NCBI RefSeq assembly: GCF_009914755.1
Contig: NC_060930.1
Strand: one strand, 5' to 3'
Source of the DNA: the human T2T-CHM13v2.0 reference genome, Homo sapiens
Length of the DNA: 64,000 nt
Every line of letters starts with the position of its first letter. Positions within the stretch are counted from its first letter, which is position 1. The notes under the pieces were generated by a model, which was given only the letters and a program-made list of their open reading frames with translations, was not told the DNA's origin and searched no databases. The position numbers were made by a program, and so were the translations under genes. Positions 55,801-64,000 of the stretch are shown here, one piece after another.

Positions 55801-57260
55801 TCCCACCAGCTGGGTGATCTTGGGCAGGTTATTGAATTCTTGGTGCCTCAGTTTTCTCATCAGAGGTGCTCCTGTGACCTATGTTGCAGCTTTGGGAGGT
55901 GGATTAAATGAGATAATGGATGCAAATCATCCAGCTCAGTCCCCACAGTTGGTAGAGGTTAGTTTTCTATTACTATATTTTGTTGAACCTAAGACTGTAA
56001 GATGCACCATTATTTTACGATCCACTAAGAAAAAAATACCACTGTCAATGAATTGTGAGATGCCTTGAAATGGAAGAGATACTGTATTATTGGAAGGACA
56101 AGTGGGGAGTGGGTGGGAAATGGGAATGTCAATCTTTTTCCACTTGGGATGCATCCTGGAATCCAATGCCCAGCCTGCATCCCAGTTAAACCAAAACCTC
56201 TGGAGTACAGCCAGTAATCTTTCTGTGACTTGGTTTCCCCATATGCAAAATTAGGATAATTATAGAATCTACTGGGGCCATTAAATGAGTTGATTCATGT
56301 AAGCGATTTAGAACAGTACCAGGCCCACAGAAATGCTAAAGTAATTGTTAACAACTATTCCTCTCTCCACCCCCAGGTCCTGGCACAGGCTAGGTGCCTT
56401 CTGACTGTTGGTTGATGCAGGAATAGACATGATCATGTGACTGCTGCCCTCCCTCCAACCCCCATCCAGCAGGGAGAGGCCCACTCTGGCCTCTGGAAGC
56501 CGGAGAAGAGGCTCACCTGCCCAAAGGCCTTCTGTCCAAAGTTCAAGGGAGCCCCACCCCTCCCGGATGCTCAGCTCACCCCACCCCCAACAGGCAGGGC
56601 TACAGTGTGGTGGGCACTGCCACACCCGGACCTGCCACAACCTCTTGGAGTCAGTGACAAGAACCAAACGCACCCCAGCCTCCACCCCTCCCCTTTCCTG
56701 CTTTTATTATTTTCTTTTCCATAAAGATTAGTCTGTGTTGCTCCTCTATCAAGGCCTGGAGGATAAACATGTGGTCCGGAGGCAGAGAAACCCCAGGCCT
56801 GAAGGCCCCACTGCCCCCACCCCAGCAGCATAAACCCAGGGCTTTTAAGCAAGGAATGGTTTTCAGTAAATCTCTCCTATCAGCAGAAACCTTTGAAAGA
56901 GTTTGTTTAAAGGCCAGGGAGATAAACAGCAAGGAGAAGTGTTTGTTTAAGATGTATGTTCTGTGTGGCCACTCTGGGGCCCGGATTTACATCTCTGGGG
57001 AGAGGAACCACTCGGAGGCCAGGGTGGGGGCCTTCCAGGGGCACCTTGGGCTCCCGGTGTGGACTTCAGCCCAGGCAGGGACCCATGAGCTCAGGGGAGG
57101 GAAGTTAGCTGGACTGCACTCACAGGCCTCTCCAGGCTTGGGGCAAGAAAGCAGGGGCTGAAAGGAGCTGCAGGAAGGGAAGAAGCCCTGTAAAGGAGGG
57201 GAGGGGTGCCTGGAAGGACCTGCTGGTTGGAATGCAGGCAGAAATCCCCTAGGAAGCCAC

Positions 57261-57263
<3 letters not shown>

Positions 57264-57318
<55 letters not shown>
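57264..57318. repeat. (AC)n microsatellite
   Basis: Read directly. Confidence 0.96.
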
Positions 57319-57320
<2 letters not shown>

Positions 57321-58066
57321 GCTCAGAACAGGCTCAGGCTCAAGGCCCACCCCAAACAGCCTCATACTCAGCAGCCCAATACACAGCTGGGTATGGCCAG
57401 CTCTGTGACCTTGGACAAGCCACCTAACCCAGAACTAGAGCCCTAGTTCCTCTCTGCTGTGAAAACAACACACCTGCCTCAAAGCGTTTTGAGTTTTCCT
57501 CCTGTCATTTGACAAATATCGCTTGTACACCTACCGTATGTCAGGCACTGTTCTAGGTGCTTGGGATGCAACAGTAAACAAAATACAGCCTCTGTCCTTT
57601 TGGAACTTAAAGAGGAGGAAGATAGGCAATGAGCACAATAATCAGTAAATTAAATACTCTTCGGAAGGTGACATGAGCTATAGAAAGAAATAAAGCGGGT
57701 ACAAAGACCTGGGAAAGGATGGTTAGGTTGGACCTCCCAGAGAAGGTGGTCCTTCAAGGAGATGCAGGTATCTGAGGGGAGAGAAGCTCAGGCAGAACCC
57801 TCAGCCAGGGCAAAAGCCTGGAGGATTGAATAAAATACCTTAGGGTAGGTGCTGAAGCATAGTCCTGTGGTCAGTAAATAACGTCCAATGTTGTCATTAT
57901 ACTGAAGCAGTTACTGAGGCCTGGGATGGGCAGGGAAGCCTTCAGGGAGGATGCAGGACTTAAGCTGGGTTTTCCCTGGAATTCCTTCTCCCTGCCAAGT
58001 GGAGAGAAAGGCCCTGCAGAAAAGCATCATGGAAGTAGAGAGACAGGAGAATGATGGCAGAGCTCA

Positions 58067-58688
<622 letters not shown>

Positions 58689-59000
58689 TCAGACTCCTTT
58701 TGGGCACTTTCCTGAAAGGATGAGCTAGATGGTGATGAGTCTACTGGGTCCCAGACTTGGAGGAGAAGACGACTAATAGCTGAGCATGGTCCCCACGTAG
58801 CTGAAGGGCTGTCCCGCCAGAGAAAGCCTAGATTTGTTCCAAAGGGGCTCCAAAAGGAAGGAAGAAGTTTCACGGACACAGATTTTCATTTGCACTCAGG
58901 AGGAATTTGGCAATGGTCCGGGCTATTTAACAGCAGGATGGACCTCTATAGAGACAGCTAGCTCGTGCTATTAGGAATTGTGTGGGCAGAGGTGGCTGAG

Positions 59001-59326
<326 letters not shown>

Positions 59327-60904
59327 TGAGTTTTGGATAGAGGTAGAACAGAGAGGTGGGGACTCCTTCTCTGCGAAGTTTGGACCCGTTGGCTTCTGGG
59401 ATCCCTTCCAGCTTTGAGATTTGGGGATTTACCTCCATTCCTTGCCAGGCTTCACAGTCCATCAAGATCTACCCATACAACAGATTTTTTCCAATCCTTC
59501 ACGGAAATTTGCCTGACCCCTGTGTCCTTTGGCTTCAGTCATGTGATGGGCCAGCACATCTGAGAGATGCATCCATGCTAAATTTGGAGTGGTCACAGAT
59601 TAACACATTAGTCCTTCCAGGTAACCCAGATGCAGGTTTACAGGGTCTTGGATCTGTCAACTTAAAGGTAAAAGGAACAGTGGAACTTCTAGCACCGGGG
59701 AGGGACCGAGGACAGATATGTTTGGGAAAACATGCCTGAGAAGTTCATCAAATAGTGCCTAGTACCCTCCAAGTCCTTCTTACAATAAGATTAACTTTAG
59801 CTAAGATCACAAACCAGAGCTCAAAGATCTGAAGGGCTGGAGTGCCTACCTTGGCCCCTCTTCATGAGCCAGGTGAAGTTCCAGGGGATCTCTGGACACC
59901 TTCTCCTTGCCCTGTAGACGCCTTGCCAAGGAGAACCCGCTTGCCTGGCAGCTGTAAGCCAGCACTTTTCTTTTCAAAGCCTCTGAGTCTCCTTTCCCTC
60001 CTCCTCCTTCCTTCCCGCCTCCCCCCTCAACACCCAAAAAAGGAGGATGCCCCTTCTGTTGAGTACACAGCCTGCAATTTTGCTGTCAAATCTCAGCCAG
60101 GAGGTCAGTGTTGTGACTGACTGTGTAAGGATCGCTCCCTTAAGGGTAATTACACTAAATTCCCCTCTGAAGGACAGCTCTCTCTGGATAGAATACAAGA
60201 AAACTCCGCATCCCCCATTCACGGAAACTCATGATTTCTGTGGCTGTCACTGGTACTCTGGCAGCGAGACACTTCGAGGTTCTCCAACCACTCGGAGGTG
60301 AGTATGAAGGCGGTGGCCGTGGCAGCACCCAGGCCATGGAGGTGGGTGGCCAAGCGGCAAGATTAGGGGCGTGGGGTCCAGAGGGACCCCTCTGGGGAGC
60401 TGGGGTCCTGGGTGGCCAAGCAGAAACTGGGCCACAGACAGGAGCATCTCCACCTGAGCTGGCCACGCCCTGAACAGGGAATGCAATGTCTCTCCACTGA
60501 CATTCACCCCGGGAGAACACCCCTACACATGCACTCATTCCTTTGTTTAACACATTGCCTTAGAGCACTCATCACCTGCCCTGCACTGTACTAGGCACTA
60601 AAGGGGGACCCGCGATGGGGCAGCAGCCCCCTCTGCAAAGAGCTGGAGCACTCGTTGGCAAAACAAAGCACTTACATGTGAAAGGTGAATAAATATCCAA
60701 GCCTCCTCCATCCCCTGCATCATCCCCAGACCCTATCAGAGGGGCAACACGCTGACCCTTGTCCCCACCTGCCCTGAAGGAGGCTGGCAGCTAGACCTTT
60801 CAGGTCTAGCAGCCACACTTCCACTCTCCCCACCCTGGGGAGACCCTGGCAAGAGTTGGGGAGTCACTCACCCACAACAAACAGTTAAAAGGAAGAAAGC
60901 AGGT

Positions 60905-61245
60905 CTGGCGATATCAATGCACTTTGATAACAATAAACTCTGCTTTTAATTTATGCTAATGTGTAGGGCTGTGGTGACAGTAAGAACTAAATTACAGAGT
61001 GGCTTTCGAGCTGGTAATTATCCCTCCATTTTTCGCTGCTCTGGAAGATGGACACACAATTATGCTCTCTTGCTGTATATTAATACAGATTCTTGACATC
61101 TTCAGCAGACCTGGAGCTGTCATCGAGCTTTTTGTCTCCTTTAATTGAAAATTAATGGTTACTAGGTTGCCACGGAAACAGAGGCCACGGACGCCAATGG
61201 CGCTCACGTCTCACCGCGGGACTGGCGGCGTCAGGAGTCCGGAAT
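60905..61245. promoter_or_regulatory. Strong CNE-like enhancer or promoter element
   Basis: CTTTGAT (TCF) 60922 adjoining AACAAT (SOX) 60929, ATGCTAAT (POU), several TAATT, TGACAG/CTGTCA (TALE), RFX X-box GTTGCCACGGAAAC 61166-61179, CCAAT 61194, CpG cluster. Confidence 0.6.
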
Positions 61246-62389
61246 GACCTTGAAAGTTAAAAGAAAAAAAAAAAAACTTAAAAAAGAAGGGGAGAGGAGG
61301 GGAGAGGAGGAGAGGAGGGGAGGGGGACAGGAGGGTGGGGGGGGTGTTCATGTCAGAACTGAGAGAGAGACAGAGAAAGAGGAGAAGGAAAGGAGTGAAA
61401 AGGGGGAAGAGGGAGAGAAAAGAGAGGAAAAGAAGAGATTAAAAATTGAAAAGAAGAGAAGAAATTCCAGGAGGTTGGGAGTGTGGATGCTGGTGAGGGG
61501 AAATTAAGTTAGTAAGTTTTACCTCTCAGCTTTTGCCTCTTACCTCTCGTGCTGTTGCTCACTTTCTCTCTCTCTCTCTCCATCTCTCTCTCCCTTTCTC
61601 TCTTTTTTAAAGACCCACTGAAACACTGGGACCTGGGTCCCCACTTCAAAATCCATGATTCTACAAATCTGTTTCAGTCAGAACGTCAGCATCTGCTGAG
61701 AGCCCCCATGAGGAAGGGACAAAGGCTCCTTTGGTGCCATGAGAGGTGGCAGGCAGAGCAGGGGCAGGGGTGAGGTGTGCCACGTGGGCACTTCTCAGGA
61801 GCCAAGCAGGCTGTGCTGTCAAAAGTGGGGGCCACGGAGGAGGCCACTGTATGGGGAGCTGGGAGCTGCCGCAACATTGTCCAGCAGACACGGGCAGGTG
61901 AGAGGGCTCTGTCTGCTGGGCCTTCAGCTTGAAAACACAACAAAAGAACTCAAGAGTCAGAGATCGGGGGCGGGGGGGGGGGTAGGGGATGAGGGGGGAG
62001 GGTCCAGGCAAGGTTCAGTTTGCCTGGGAAGATAAGAGATACAGGAGGGCCATTCAGTGAGCCTCTGGGATGGCCAGTGGCTCTGTGCTTGGGAAGGTGT
62101 TTTCCTAGGAGAAGTTAGCAGGTCCAGCATAGAGGCACTGGGGACCCCTGAGTGTTCTAGCAGGAAAGGTGGGCTCTTTCCTCATCTATCCACCTTCCCG
62201 ATTCCTCAGCCGAGGGCACATGCTCTAGAAAAGCAACTCAATTCAACCATTATTGGATGCCTACAGTGAACCAGCAGCCAAGCTAGACTTTGGGGTCACA
62301 ACAAACCAGACACAGATCCTGCCTAGAAAGCCTCAAAATCGAAGCCGGGAGTAGACAGACATGAATAGACAATTGGAAAGTTAGCGACC

Positions 62390-62905
62390 CCCTCGAAGAT
62401 TTCTCTGCAAGGATGTTCACCTCAGTATTATTTATAATGGCAAAAATCTAGAAATGGATGGATGACCAACAGGTGATGACTGATAAAATGATATGCCTTA
62501 TGCCCAAAGACAGAGCACTATACAGTCATTTTAAATTATGTTGGAGAAGAATATGTCATGACCTGGGGAAAAAGTTATCAATATTTTATTTAATAAAAAT
62601 ATTAGTTGACAAAATGGTGATGTATTCATGATTCCATGATCTTGTTTCTGAATTTTTAAAGACATGTGTACATTAAACATGTAACAAAAAGTTACATATA
62701 TGTGTATGTAAATGTGTGAGTGCGTGTGAGTGTATATTTGTGAATATATGTGTGTGAATGTGTGTGTCCATGTGAGTGTGTGTAAATGTGTGTTTGAGAG
62801 TCAGCTTAAAAAAAACTAGGAGATACACTAAAGTCGTACCATGGTTATCTCTGGGTGGGAAGATTATGGCTGATCTTTATTTCCTTTTTTATGCTTTTCT
62901 GTATT
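62390..62905 (+). mobile_element. Old L1M 3' relic with TG-rich tract
   Basis: CAAGGATGTTCACCTCAGTATTATTTATAATGGCAAAA...GGTTATCTCTGGGTGGGAAGATTATGG. Confidence 0.65.
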
Positions 62906-62909
62906 TTCC

Positions 62910-63207
62910 TTTTTTTTTTTTTTTTTTTGAGATGGAGTCTCACTCTGTCACCTAGGCTGGAGTGCAGTGGCTGGATCTTGGCTCACTGCAACCTCTGCCG
63001 CCCAGGTTCAAGCGATTCTCCTGCTCAGCCTCCCGAGTAGCTGGGATTACAGGCACCTGCCACCACGCCTGGCTAATTTTTATAGCTTTAGCAAAGACGG
63101 GGTTTCACCATCTTGGCCAGGCTAGTTTTGAACTCCTGACCTCATGATCCACGCGCCTCAGCCTCCCAAAGTGCTGGGATTACAGGCATGAGCCACCATG
63201 CCTGGCC
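62910..63207 (-). mobile_element. AluS, antisense
   Basis: TSD TGTATTTTCC at 62900-62909 and 63208-63217. Confidence 0.94.
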
Positions 63208-64000
63208 TGTATTTTCCATTTTTTTAAACAATAAATATACATAACTTCTATTAACAGAACAAAAAGAAAAGAAAAGGTGTTTTTAAAATTCTAGAACCAG
63301 GCCCCTAGAGATAAAATCCCCAATAAGGTGCTCCTCACACACTTCTGCAGGGACCGGGCCTCCTTGCCTAAGGCTTTCCCCCACAAATCAGACCCAGCAA
63401 AGCTTTTCCCCAATTACCAGAACCCCATCCTAGGTTCTCATTCCCCTCCCCCTACAACACTCTCCCCATCCCCAGCCTGCTGGCCAGGGTGTCCAGAGAT
63501 AGGGACACCCAAGCAGGGCTGCAGGGTGGGCCAGGGGAGCAGGCCCTGCAGCCTGGGATGTGGATGCCAGGAACTCCTTCTCTTTGGTTCCCAGGTGGAC
63601 CTTTAAGGTAGCACCACTGCCTTCAGCATCATATTTGGACTCACATGCAGGCCACCAGCTATCGAGGGCTAGGAAAGGGTCTCTCATTCACTGGGGCCCC
63701 AGTAGCTGGCTGGACCTCAGCAACTCTTTGCTAAGCTGAATATCAACAGTGGATAGTTATGGAGTAACTGCTCATCATTACAACTCTAAGGTACATATTA
63801 CTATCTCATTTCACAGACCCTGCAGCTAAGGTCCAGAGAGGCTAATTGACTGGCTCCAAGGCACATAGGTGATCAGTCACAGAGCTGGAACCCAACCCCA
63901 GGGATGATCTGCCTCCAGGTTTGTACTCTCTGTGCCTGTTTCTTCCCTTGCCAGGTCCAGAAAACCCAGGTACAAGTGGAGTCTCCCTGAATGGCTAGGG

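Noticed and set aside
61166-61235. MHC class II SXY module
   Set aside because: X-box, CCAAT and CGTCA are present, but their order, orientation and spacing do not match X1-X2-Y

Overview
Human/primate-type non-coding genomic DNA. I see no credible protein-coding exon, rRNA, tRNA or CRISPR array. The longer ORFs are explained by tandem repeats, Alus, low-complexity tracts or GC-rich CpG islands. Repeat content: about 29 Alu/FLAM/FRAM copies; a near-complete Tigger1 DNA transposon (15657-19725) with both ends, TA duplication and seven Alu-derived insertions; old L1M, L2, MIR, MLT1/LTR16/LTR33, MER63 and MER115 relics. Repeat family names are from memory of consensus sequences and need RepeatMasker confirmation. 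The unique DNA holds two CpG islands without a visible coding exon (~6.9-8.0 kb, ~39.9-42.6 kb) and several repeat-free AT-rich blocks dense in homeodomain, SOX, POU, TCF, FOX and RFX motifs (~4.1-4.6, 6.6-6.9, 25.4-25.8, 31.9-32.2, 40.2-40.7, 46.6-46.8, 60.9-61.2 kb). This fits a regulatory gene desert or lncRNA region beside a developmental transcription-factor gene (inference). The island layout reminds me of the region upstream of FOXP4 at 6p21.1 (LINC01276/FOXP4-AS1), but that is an unverified recollection, not a sequence match. Most notable direct observations: a ~22-copy 16/17-bp minisatellite whose unit carries a SMAD CAGAC core and a ZNF143-like motif; a perfect 36-bp-arm AT-only palindrome; a complex retro-insertion with an antisense Alu fragment plus sense poly(A) and a triplicated target site; closely spaced inverted Alu pairs; a (GT)11(GC)6(GT)7 Z-DNA tract; and a possible 9-nt microexon. 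I cannot demonstrate a new biological system from sequence alone.
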